The notes under the pieces were generated by a model, which ran no database searches, was not told where the DNA came from, and saw nothing but the letters and a program-made list of their open reading frames with translations. The position numbers and the translations under genes are program-made. Positions 8,935-18,610 of a DNA stretch of 60,024 nucleotides are shown one piece after another. The stretch comes from a virus (Duplodnaviria; Caudoviricetes). The DNA lies in IMG/VR virus record IMGVR_UViG_3300042455_000193, positions 1-60,024 of that record. One strand, given 5' to 3'. Each line of letters opens with the position of its first letter. Within the stretch, counting starts at the first letter, position 1.

Positions 8935-8979
8935 TGGCTCCTCGAGCTGGGTTCGAACCAGCGACCTACGGATTAACAG
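8935..8979 (-). mobile_element. attP core: 3' half of tRNA-Asn(GTT)
   Basis: Minus strand CTGTTAA-TCCGTAGGTC-GCTGG-TTCGAAC-CCAGC-TCGAGGAG-CCA gives anticodon loop, T-arm, acceptor 3' strand and CCA; no 5' half; 31 bp downstream of int. Confidence 0.9.
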
Positions 8980-9121
8980 GGTGACAGTGGATACAAAGGT
9001 TTACTAATTAGTACCAGCATTTACTAGAATTGTTTAACTTACGCGCTAATCTAAACAAAGCTTTGCAAAGGTAAATGCAGTACCGTAAACACACAGAAGT
9101 CACACAGGGTTTATACCTACC

Positions 9122-9157
9122 AGACCTACGGAGTAAACATCCGTAGGTCTTTTTTTA
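9122..9157 (+). terminator. Intrinsic terminator between int/attP and the convergent virion operon
   Basis: AGACCTACGGA-7 nt-TCCGTAGGTCT, 11-bp stem plus T-run. Confidence 0.8.
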
Positions 9158-12100
9158 TTCATTCGATACAGCCACACCCTCAAACTTGGATCTGGTAAAT
9201 GCTTTGGTAGCTTGAGCATACAACCTACGCTCCGCTTCCTTCTCGATGTTCTGGTAGTTGATGACTTGCTTTCGCATCGCTTCAGCTTCCTTGGTTTTAC
9301 CAGCCCGAACCAAGACATCTACCTGCTCTTCAGCTTTGTAGCTGGGTCTTCGCATATTCTTGATGCTCTGCTCGACTGACTTCAGGATGGCAACTGTCTG
9401 CCCCAACTCAGGATGCTCCGCCATGATGGCTTTCCTGCGAGGGTCATCAATCTCGTACTTAATTGCATCGTTGTACAAAGCTGTTGCTTCTTTGAATACC
9501 CTTCGGAATGACTGAGCGTCAGCCGACTCAGACGGATAAGCCGAGAACCTGTCAGCCAAAGGCTCCTTCTCCCTTGGTACATCCATACCCCGAGCCTTCC
9601 TAGTCTCATTACCAAGGTATCTGTAGAGTTCGTTTGCCACACCGGGGGTATACCCTTGTATCAGATGATCAATCAAAGCGGGGCTAATGTCAGCACCCTT
9701 CTGGTTGAATCTATCGCCGCCGGTAACACGCTGAAGCCAGACAGTAAAGTCTTTCGATATAGGGTTAACGGAAGCAAAAGCTTTATTCACATCTGATCGA
9801 CCCTCTTGATCGGGACCTGTTAACTCTGGGTAAATGGGACCGCCAAAGCGGTTCTTGTTCACCTCATACTGATACGGTGTGACACCAATGGTAGGCATCA
9901 AAACAGCTAAAGCCTGTTTATAAGGCTCCGATGCAACCTTAGTTAAGTCAAAGCCTGATCCACCCACGGGTGAGAACGCTTCAAAGAACGCTTGCATGAT
10001 GCGCTTTGCTGTAGTGGTTAAAGGTACTGGTCCATTGACCGAGTCAGACATGAATACACCAGCAGCGTAGAACGCATTCCAGCCATAGGGTAGGGGGATA
10101 GCGCCCCATCTCTCATTTGGCGCAACTATGATCGATGTAGCCCGTTTGTAGATGGGTATATCGTCAACTACATTCTTGCCGTGCTTCTTCTTGTACTCGT
10201 CATCCTCATCATCACCCGCTGCTCGAGTCATCGTGCCTACTATGAAGCCCATTGCCGTCAAGCTTCCAGCCAAAGCGGCAAACCTACCCTTGTTGTTCCT
10301 TGCAAGCTCAACCATTTGAGCCGTACCCTGCACCGCAGGATTAAAGAACAAATACAAAGCTCGGACTGCTTCGTTATTTCCACGCATGTTGAAGTCAACC
10401 GTTACCCGGCCAGCATAATCCGCTGCCTGACGGGGAGTTGAGCCGTTCTTTGTCAAGGCTGAATAAGCCGCCAGTCTAGGAGCCATCTCCATTGGGATGG
10501 TCAGCAGCTCCATGAACTTGAGCATGCCGTGCATTTTGGACAGGGTACTCGTGCCGTGCAAAGCCTCATGAATCATTAGAGATTGCTGCTCAAGATCCTT
10601 GCGGTTAATGAACGAAGTCAAAGCGCCAGCAGATCTAGCTTCGTTGTAGATTGCCATACGATCACGATCAGCCTTGCCAGTCGTAGCCGTCGCAAGCAAG
10701 CGAGTGCCGCGAGAAATTGCAAGCAATGTTTTCTGGGCTGCTTTACCTGCTGCAGTAGAGGGTTGCATATCCATGATCGCCATGTGCAGTGCAACACCCA
10801 TAAAAGGCACAAGCTCCTTCATCATCTGCCCAGCAGTAGCAGTTTTAACTTCACCATTGACGGCTGAGTTAAAGAACAAAGTCTGAACGTCTCGAGCGAA
10901 GTTAACCGTAATCCACAATGGGTTATAGGTAGTGATCAGCTGCCCAGTAAACCGAGTGATCTGACCAATTGCATGTAGCAAACGATTTTGCGCAACTGGA
11001 TTCGTGCCGTATAACGATTCAACAATGGAACCGGCTCCAGTATCTTTAAACCTAATGGTTATTGGTATACCTCTTAGCCTTGCGACCATCACATCAGGCT
11101 GTCGAATGTATTGTTCGTTATCTATGATCTGAACAAAACCATCTTCACCAATCTTTTTAATCTTAGATTGCTCATTGATAGAGACAAAGTTCGGGTCATA
11201 GTTTGTTTCAAAGAATGCCAGAACTTTTAGTGAGACTAAATTCTTTTGACCACGAATAATGGATGCCTCGTAGCCAAGGATGGTTCTAGCCAGCACCTCT
11301 TGCGCAATGTCAGATCTACCAAGCGCTCTCTTATCACGAGCTTTATTCAAGAACTTGGTGCTCATGTTTAAGCTAGGGTCATCCATGAAGTCTTCGTCAA
11401 CTTCTTTATTGATGCCAGACAGATTCCGGTAATGCGCATAGGCAGAACGTCTTGCTTCACCATCCTTCTTTGTAATCAATCCAGTGGCAATCTCATTGTT
11501 AATCTTCTTGTCGCTCATTGCATCCAAGAGTTTGCCGATCTCATTGAACTGCTTGGCGTAAGACTGCTGGCTTACAAAGTCAAGGATCTCCCTTGCAATA
11601 AGGGTGTCCATACCAGAGCCTTTTAGGCTGGTTGGATTAATCCTATTGATCTGCAAGTTACGCTCTTCAGCTGTCTGGGCAACTAGGAAAAGATTCAACA
11701 TCTCATCAATAGTGGCGGCTTGGATTGTCCCATCCTCCGATGCGTACCCCTGCTTACCCTTTTGCTTTCTTGCTTCTTTCAGCAAGTTCATGATTGGAGT
11801 GACGAACTCTTTGTTTGCATCCTCAACCATGACAGCTGTCTGGCGCTCATACAAACGCAAGTCTTTGCGCAGATCAAGCTGATCGCTTACACGACCAATC
11901 TTCTCCATCTGCTCAACGATCCTAAATACCGGAGCGTACTGGTTCTGTAACTTGTTAACAGCAGCATTCCAGTAACCACGCAGTCTGCTAACTTCACGAG
12001 ACTTCTCGAACGCCACGTAGTCAGCAGGGATCTTGTTGTCTCTGAAGAATCCAGAACGCACACGCTGCTCAACAGTACCCAATCTCCTCATAAACTGCTG

Positions 12101-15100
12101 AAGCTGATCGTAGTTGTCGAACGTATTTACAAACGATCTTTGGCGGATGTCTCCGTTCTTATTGGAAAACAAATACCATGTGTCATTTAGTGGGTCATAA
12201 CGAGCATAGCCTGTGGTGTTACCACCTTTGGTAGCAAACAACTCATAAGGCAATTTGCCTTCAGCCAGTCGGATATCTCGAGGCGCACCCTTAAGTGGGC
12301 TGTATCCACCGCCATTGTCTACGTGCTGCTTTGCCATCTTTAGGCTGTAAGCCAATTCAGCACTGGTCATCTTGCCAAGGAAGTCAGCCAAGAAGTTAAA
12401 GCCAATGCTACGTAGACCAGCAATCGTCTTGCCAATCCACTCTGTTGCCGCTGATACCTCTACGCCATCAGCCGCCATGTCAGCCAAGACTTCATCGATG
12501 GCTTGCAGCTTGGTTACTCCGCCTTTAGCCACGGCAGCATCTACAGTACGGCGGACAACCTCGTTAGAGTTGTACATGTTCAGCAGGAACTGATCGAAGT
12601 CAGCGCCTTGGAACGCACGGTTGCCCAAGTGTCCGTAAATCTCATGGAAGAGGGTGAACTGCGTGTCCGCCTCGCCAGTCAAATAGTCAGCAAACAGGTA
12701 GGTTACGCCAGTAGCGCTATCGAACAAACCTTTAGCGCCCATACCTTCAGTCAGCATACCTGTGACTTGGTCACGCAAGGCTGCGGGCAATTGGAAGTGG
12801 CTGTTTAGCACCACGATCTGAGGAGCGTTCTTCCACTTGCTGGTAATCTTGGCTACATACGTATTGACCAACTCGTTGGTTAGAACGCCACTGAACATTC
12901 CTCGACGCAGCGGAGCATCATCCTCCCGGGTTGTCATGTCTTGAACATCAACTTCTTCGCCAATGTTATATAGCTCATCGGTAGAAAGATCATCTGTGTT
13001 CTCTTGTCTACCACTAGATCTCTCAAAATCTTCAATAGAAATTGTTGGGGATTCACCAGCAGCGTCTCTCTCTTCCGCTCTTGTGTCCCTAATCTGGTCA
13101 AGCGTGTCTTCCCTTGTCTCCCCAAAGCCCATGTCTTCGCGTAGCTTTGCACCATACTGAGACATGGTATTACCGGTTGATGTGTTCACCACATCTTCCA
13201 TTAATCCATTCATTACCAGACTGTCAATGTGATCAGAAAGAATCTGCTCGGCTTGAACAGTTCCTCGCTCAAAGATCTCGCCTGTGGTTGGATCAACTCC
13301 AGTCATTGCAATCTGATTGACTGCATTAGCAGCATCAGTAATATCCCGTAGATCACTCAACTGTGATCTGATAATCTGGTTTCGGAATTGCCCGAACGTG
13401 GCATCATCCATGAACCGCATACCAAGAAGTTCCTTAATGAATGGAACTCTTGCAGATAAGTTAACTTCGGTATTAACAGCTTTTCTCTTGTTATCGATCC
13501 AAGTTTCAAACTCCTTTTGCTCCGCCTCAGACAAGATATCAAGAACTTGTGTTCTTAAATCTGGTCTAAAGTGCATTGCATATGCAACGTCCCCAAAGTA
13601 AGCATCAACCAGATTCGGAATAGTCTTTGAAAGAATGATCTGCTCACGCTCTGGCATTGTTGATGGATTGCGCATCTCATTCAACGTATGGTCAAGGAAC
13701 AGGAGGTGAGGGAATGCATCCTCTAATGTGTTGGATTCCCTGTCTCCAATCTTGCGGCGTTTAGCTACGTTCTGTGTGGCTTCCTTCCATGCTTGGTAAC
13801 CAGCAACTTCTGAATCAGTGAACGTTCCGTTCTTTAGCAGACCGGGATTAAAGTTAATCACCGAATCCATTGAGCGCATCCATGCGTCACGATTAGCGTA
13901 GCCTGTACCTGCTTGAGCTAGATAGTCTGTAAACCTTTGGCGTAATGCAACGTGCGTATTCTGGGTAATTGCGAAAGGAATATCCACGCCTTGCATACTG
14001 AAAACATCAATGAAGTCATCAAAGCGAAGCAAGCCATCACGACTGGCTGCAGATGCCCAAGAGGTTATCTGGCTTAGTCGTCTGTCGTATTGAGTACCAA
14101 CAAGGTTTGGAAGATCGCCAACTAACCCAGCTAAGAATCGCTTAACAACATTAGCCTTGTTGGTAATGTCGCCTTCCTTGGCAGCTTGATCAATCGCTTG
14201 AGATGCGTCAGCAACAGAGATGGTATTACTACGTACATCCTGAATCAGCTTTCCTAATGCCTCTTCCTCTGTCATTGGAGGTGTTTGATTGGCGGCATCT
14301 TGAGCGGCATTTAACTGCTCTTGGATTTCATTTTGAATCTCAGCTTCAGTTGCAGTAGATTCTTTAAAACCTTCGCTATTGAACTTAGACCTAGCCAACC
14401 TGTTTTGTCTAGCCTCAGACTCTGTAACCGCCAAGGCAGTCAGCATCTGCATGTAGTTAGATAGAAGCTCATTTACTTCTTCGCGGTTGGACCCAGCAAT
14501 GATCGCCTCTTTGGACAGACCCATCATGGTGTCAGCCATGCGGGCAGCGCCACGCTTGAACAAAGCCGCCTTGCTTGCAGCGGACTTGCCTCGAATAAGC
14601 TCAAGCTCTTCGTTTAACTGGCGTAAGCGACCAAGAAGTTCTTGTTTGGTTGATGGTTTGTCGTAAACAAATCCATCAGCGCTGCGGTCATAAGCGTTTA
14701 GATCGCTGTATCCCCACATGCCAGCATTCTCGTCTGACTCATCTTGTAGCTTGAATACTGACTGAGTTCCGTCGCTGTTCTTTACAACCATCGTATTCAA
14801 AGCACTCAGCTTTCCGTACAAATCATTGATTTGTTTTTCCAAAAGCTTACGAGTGTTTGTGAAGTACGCAGTTTGCGTAGTCTGACCAATGATTCCATTG
14901 AACTTACGACGCAACTCCTCTACTGGCTCAGAGTACACAACACGCTTTTCTGCTGGTGCTGGCGCTTCTTTAACTGGCTTGTCTTTAGTAAGCTCGTCCA
15001 GTTGTTTACCTCTGCCTGTACCAATCATTGCCTTCTTAGGCGCTGCCTTGGCTTTCTTCATCAGACTTGAGAAGTCAATACCCCGAGTTTCAAACAACTT

Positions 15101-18100
15101 GTTTTCTCTGAAAACCTTAGATGCTTGACCAACGTTGCCTTGAGACAACAAAGATTCAACCTGAACCAATGGATCATTGGCTCTGAATGTTTCGTTATCG
15201 TTTTCTTCTTGGTCAATGTTGGCTTGACGTACCGTCTTAGCATCTGCCTCAATCTGTTGCTTTAACTTAGATGCCTGATCTGTCTTACCTTCTTTGCGAA
15301 GGCGATTAACTTCAGCCATTCGGTCTTCGACAATCTCTGCCTTATCCCATGTTCCATCGACAGTTTCGTTATAGCCGTTCTCAGAAAGGTACTTGGCAAC
15401 CTCACGCTCACCTACGTTGAAGTCACGGGATCTGTCGGATGCTTTATCTGTAACAATTGTTGCGCCAGCATCAATAGCTTTTTGTATTTCAACAAAGTCT
15501 GGAGCAACACGACCAGAACGATTGCCTTCCGCAGAAATAAAGACTGTATCGTTTGAACTATAAGATCCAACGTTAGCCTTGTTCCCAAATGCTTTGGCAT
15601 ACGCCGTAGTTGAGCTTCTATCGCTGCCCCTGCCTATGAATTTGGTAGCCTTGTCAGCTTTAAGTTGATCTTTAGCTGTGTATTGACTGGTGATGGGTAG
15701 CCTTATACCTGCTGGCTGTCCGCTGGATGCCTCAGAATCCTCCATGAAGCTGGCTGTCTGGTCTCCAGAGTTACCTTTCTGTTGCGCCAACTCAGCCGCC
15801 ACAGAAGACAGCAAATCTCTCACTGTCTCGACATCCGTGAGTTGTTTTTGCAAACCATCGGCTCTGCCAAACATCTCCTTCATCTTTGCAAGGATGCTGT
15901 CAATAGCAATACGAACTGCTTCGAGTAGGTTGGGATTCTTTTGTCCCACCATCTGCCAGAACCTACCATCATTGAACATCAAACCAAGGATGTCACCGGT
16001 AATCTCACTGTCTATATCATTTTTGGAATAACCAAGATCACTCAGCTTCTTGGCGTATCTTGCGTATGCATTCCCCTTGAGGTAACCAACAATACTTGCA
16101 GACAATTCATCCGCTAAAGCTTTGTTTCGATTCTCAAGCTGATGCCATACCTCATGACCTAAGATAAACATGCCATCAACCTTAGACAGTGCTGCCGTGT
16201 TGATGTAAATGTTGTTGCTGTTGTTGTCGCTGAATCCCTTGACTGTTGACTTCTCGGTTGTGTAGCCATTTAACTGAACGCCAAACGCATCAGCAATCTT
16301 CTGCAAGAACGGAGGGACTTCCGTCATCTGAATTTCTGCAGGAGCTACGCCTTCTTTACCCTTTCGAGTATTGGACTCTGTCAGGTGGAATGCGATGACA
16401 TCTTGCGGGGCAGTACCCACATTACCGGCACGATTCTCTGGAGCGTTAATTACCAGAGGCGTAGTCTGCTGCTCAAAACCTGTAGAAGTATTGGCTTGAC
16501 TGCCGGTTGGTGGCAGATTTTCAGGGGACCCTCCAACATTAGAAGCCGTCGCATCTGGAGTCGATTGCTGAAAGATTTGAGTGTTATCAATCTGTGGTGA
16601 TAAACCAATCTGAACACCACTAGATTGTGGTGTGCTTGCTTTATCTTGGTTTATATCGACTTGGGGTTGATCAAAACCTACATCGGCTAGGTCTTGCGCC
16701 GCATCAATCTGAGACTGATCAAAAGATGCGCTGGTTAAGTTTGGCTGCAATACCCCATCCGCTGTATCAGTTAAATCTGTTTGCGGACGTTCTGTTGTAG
16801 CCCCTTGCGCATCCCACATCGCCTCATTCTCAGCATCAATATCTTCTTGAGTACGTTGCGGCTTGGGTGGGAATTTAACTCTGCCCATAGGGGGGAGGGT
16901 ATTCCCGTAGACTTCTGCGCTAGTCAAGAAATCTTCGCCTAACTGAGGAGCATCACTTAAGATTGAGTAGCCTTCATTGATAGCTACCATGTTACCTTTG
17001 AGTGAGTTAAATGCTTCGCTTAAACCAACACGACTTGCTACCCGATCAAGAGATTGTTTGGTAGCTGTACCAGCCTCATCGTCTGATGCTTGGTCATACA
17101 GAGCAGTCATCATGTCCAACGTCTTACGTGTGCCTTGATCAGCATCCCGTTTGAAAGCTCCCTCGATATCAACCGTAGCTCTCAACAAGTTAGCGTCTTC
17201 CAATCGGGTTATGTCTTGATTGAGTTCTTCTTTGGTTGATTGGATATTGCCTCTAGGATCAAGTCCACGAAGTTCAGCCACATTTGTAGCCTGTGTTAGT
17301 TGACCGGGCTTCTCAAGCTTGGCTAATCCACCAAGCTCTGTAACGCTCATAGAAAGCCCTGCAAGCGCTTCCAGTACAGCCTCTGTGGGTGATGCCTCAC
17401 CAGTAGCAGCAAGCTCACCAAGGTACTCTCCAAGACCCTCGCCAACAGTTTCTAATCCAACAGCGGCAGTACCCCTGCCAGCTTTACGTGCAATGGTATT
17501 AACTCCTTCAAGCGCCGTAGTCTGAGCATTACGAATTGCTGATACCAACTTTGGATCTGTAACACCTTCACGAACCATCGCTTCAAACGTGGCTTTCTCC
17601 AAAGCCGCAGTGCTTGCTTCTCTGCCTTGATTGGCAGTAGCCTTTAGCGCCTCAACTTGAGATTGCTTGATTGAAGTTGCTAACTTTGTAGCGTCGTATC
17701 CCGCTGATTCAAGGGTACGCACAGTAGCCGCTTCGACGGCACGGTTGGCTGTACCCAAGATCCATTTGGATGCGCCAAGGGTAGCTACGTCCACTGCGGT
17801 AATGACACCGCCTTTAACAACACCTTGCTGGATCGCTTCATAACGCTCTGCGTCTGAAAAATTACCATCACTTGCAGCTTTCTGCGCCTTGCCGCCAATC
17901 TCCAATGCTGTATTGGCAGAGAACAAACCAGTAATAAAACCAGCAACAGCGCCAATTGGACCACCCAAAGCAAAACCTGCCGCTCCTCCAGCCGCGCCAG
18001 CACCTAAAGATACAGCGGTGTTAGGCAGCTGAGACACAACCATTTGGAATGCGCCTTCAGGATTGTCATACACAGCGCCAGCAACGTTCTTGATACCCGC

Positions 18101-18610
18101 CAGCAATCCAGAGTCATCTGCTGCTTGGCGCTTTTTAATGTCTTGGTTAAATTGCTGTAACGCTAATGCTTGATCTGGTGATCTAGCTGCCGCAGCTCTA
18201 GCAGAATCTACTACCGCACTCCTAGCATCAATCGCTGTAGCGCCAGCGGAGAACAAGCTACCAGCCGTGTCTTGAACACCACCTGCGATAGATTTTCCAA
18301 GACCAGTAAAGAAGCCTTCTTCTTTGGGTTTAACTGGCTGAACTGGCACTGGTTCTTTTGTGTAACTATCCATCCAAGAGAAATCTCTCTCAGGTCCCGG
18401 CTGAAATCCTTCCAGTAAATTTCTTGATCTTTGCTGGGTTGGAGGATTTTGCGGAGGAGGAGTTACATCTTGAGGCTGCGGAATGGCTTGTGCGTTCTCC
18501 CCCAAATTCGGCACAGCTGTCGCCATAAAGTCATCAATGTAATTGATCTTTTTGCCTCTTCGAATTGCAGTCTTTGCTGTGTCTGAATCGAGGTAAAACG
18601 GATTAGCCAT
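9155..18610 (-). CDS. Giant internal virion (ejection) polyvalent protein with LPD38-like C-terminus and zincin-like motifs
   Basis: 3151 aa; Gly/Ala hydrophobic N-terminal segments; GHEVWH and FHEIYGH; NFARD, VDFNMRG, LYLFFNPAVQG, IPLPYG; last gene of the virion operon. Confidence 0.8.
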   Translation of the reverse strand: MANPFYLDSDTAKTAIRRGKKINYIDDFMATAVPNLGENAQAIPQPQDVTPPPQNPPTQQRSRNLLEGFQPGPERDFSWMDSYTKEPVPVQPVKPKEEGFFTGLGKSIAGGVQDTAGSLFSAGATAIDARSAVVDSARAAAARSPDQALALQQFNQDIKKRQAADDSGLLAGIKNVAGAVYDNPEGAFQMVVSQLPNTAVSLGAGAAGGAAGFALGGPIGAVAGFITGLFSANTALEIGGKAQKAASDGNFSDAERYEAIQQGVVKGGVITAVDVATLGASKWILGTANRAVEAATVRTLESAGYDATKLATSIKQSQVEALKATANQGREASTAALEKATFEAMVREGVTDPKLVSAIRNAQTTALEGVNTIARKAGRGTAAVGLETVGEGLGEYLGELAATGEASPTEAVLEALAGLSMSVTELGGLAKLEKPGQLTQATNVAELRGLDPRGNIQSTKEELNQDITRLEDANLLRATVDIEGAFKRDADQGTRKTLDMMTALYDQASDDEAGTATKQSLDRVASRVGLSEAFNSLKGNMVAINEGYSILSDAPQLGEDFLTSAEVYGNTLPPMGRVKFPPKPQRTQEDIDAENEAMWDAQGATTERPQTDLTDTADGVLQPNLTSASFDQSQIDAAQDLADVGFDQPQVDINQDKASTPQSSGVQIGLSPQIDNTQIFQQSTPDATASNVGGSPENLPPTGSQANTSTGFEQQTTPLVINAPENRAGNVGTAPQDVIAFHLTESNTRKGKEGVAPAEIQMTEVPPFLQKIADAFGVQLNGYTTEKSTVKGFSDNNSNNIYINTAALSKVDGMFILGHEVWHQLENRNKALADELSASIVGYLKGNAYARYAKKLSDLGYSKNDIDSEITGDILGLMFNDGRFWQMVGQKNPNLLEAVRIAIDSILAKMKEMFGRADGLQKQLTDVETVRDLLSSVAAELAQQKGNSGDQTASFMEDSEASSGQPAGIRLPITSQYTAKDQLKADKATKFIGRGSDRSSTTAYAKAFGNKANVGSYSSNDTVFISAEGNRSGRVAPDFVEIQKAIDAGATIVTDKASDRSRDFNVGEREVAKYLSENGYNETVDGTWDKAEIVEDRMAEVNRLRKEGKTDQASKLKQQIEADAKTVRQANIDQEENDNETFRANDPLVQVESLLSQGNVGQASKVFRENKLFETRGIDFSSLMKKAKAAPKKAMIGTGRGKQLDELTKDKPVKEAPAPAEKRVVYSEPVEELRRKFNGIIGQTTQTAYFTNTRKLLEKQINDLYGKLSALNTMVVKNSDGTQSVFKLQDESDENAGMWGYSDLNAYDRSADGFVYDKPSTKQELLGRLRQLNEELELIRGKSAASKAALFKRGAARMADTMMGLSKEAIIAGSNREEVNELLSNYMQMLTALAVTESEARQNRLARSKFNSEGFKESTATEAEIQNEIQEQLNAAQDAANQTPPMTEEEALGKLIQDVRSNTISVADASQAIDQAAKEGDITNKANVVKRFLAGLVGDLPNLVGTQYDRRLSQITSWASAASRDGLLRFDDFIDVFSMQGVDIPFAITQNTHVALRQRFTDYLAQAGTGYANRDAWMRSMDSVINFNPGLLKNGTFTDSEVAGYQAWKEATQNVAKRRKIGDRESNTLEDAFPHLLFLDHTLNEMRNPSTMPEREQIILSKTIPNLVDAYFGDVAYAMHFRPDLRTQVLDILSEAEQKEFETWIDNKRKAVNTEVNLSARVPFIKELLGMRFMDDATFGQFRNQIIRSQLSDLRDITDAANAVNQIAMTGVDPTTGEIFERGTVQAEQILSDHIDSLVMNGLMEDVVNTSTGNTMSQYGAKLREDMGFGETREDTLDQIRDTRAEERDAAGESPTISIEDFERSSGRQENTDDLSTDELYNIGEEVDVQDMTTREDDAPLRRGMFSGVLTNELVNTYVAKITSKWKNAPQIVVLNSHFQLPAALRDQVTGMLTEGMGAKGLFDSATGVTYLFADYLTGEADTQFTLFHEIYGHLGNRAFQGADFDQFLLNMYNSNEVVRRTVDAAVAKGGVTKLQAIDEVLADMAADGVEVSAATEWIGKTIAGLRSIGFNFLADFLGKMTSAELAYSLKMAKQHVDNGGGYSPLKGAPRDIRLAEGKLPYELFATKGGNTTGYARYDPLNDTWYLFSNKNGDIRQRSFVNTFDNYDQLQQFMRRLGTVEQRVRSGFFRDNKIPADYVAFEKSREVSRLRGYWNAAVNKLQNQYAPVFRIVEQMEKIGRVSDQLDLRKDLRLYERQTAVMVEDANKEFVTPIMNLLKEARKQKGKQGYASEDGTIQAATIDEMLNLFLVAQTAEERNLQINRINPTSLKGSGMDTLIAREILDFVSQQSYAKQFNEIGKLLDAMSDKKINNEIATGLITKKDGEARRSAYAHYRNLSGINKEVDEDFMDDPSLNMSTKFLNKARDKRALGRSDIAQEVLARTILGYEASIIRGQKNLVSLKVLAFFETNYDPNFVSINEQSKIKKIGEDGFVQIIDNEQYIRQPDVMVARLRGIPITIRFKDTGAGSIVESLYGTNPVAQNRLLHAIGQITRFTGQLITTYNPLWITVNFARDVQTLFFNSAVNGEVKTATAGQMMKELVPFMGVALHMAIMDMQPSTAAGKAAQKTLLAISRGTRLLATATTGKADRDRMAIYNEARSAGALTSFINRKDLEQQSLMIHEALHGTSTLSKMHGMLKFMELLTIPMEMAPRLAAYSALTKNGSTPRQAADYAGRVTVDFNMRGNNEAVRALYLFFNPAVQGTAQMVELARNNKGRFAALAGSLTAMGFIVGTMTRAAGDDEDDEYKKKHGKNVVDDIPIYKRATSIIVAPNERWGAIPLPYGWNAFYAAGVFMSDSVNGPVPLTTTAKRIMQAFFEAFSPVGGSGFDLTKVASEPYKQALAVLMPTIGVTPYQYEVNKNRFGGPIYPELTGPDQEGRSDVNKAFASVNPISKDFTVWLQRVTGGDRFNQKGADISPALIDHLIQGYTPGVANELYRYLGNETRKARGMDVPREKEPLADRFSAYPSESADAQSFRRVFKEATALYNDAIKYEIDDPRRKAIMAEHPELGQTVAILKSVEQSIKNMRRPSYKAEEQVDVLVRAGKTKEAEAMRKQVINYQNIEKEAERRLYAQATKAFTRSKFEGVAVSNE

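Noticed and set aside
8935-8979. Complete tRNA gene
   Set aside because: D-arm and 5' acceptor strand are absent; treated as attP core
9155-18610. Virion RNA polymerase (N4- or crAss-like), suggested by size and the early hairpins
   Set aside because: No T7-type motifs A/B/C seen; GADFDQF near 12600 lacks the DxDGD pattern and belongs to the zincin-like module
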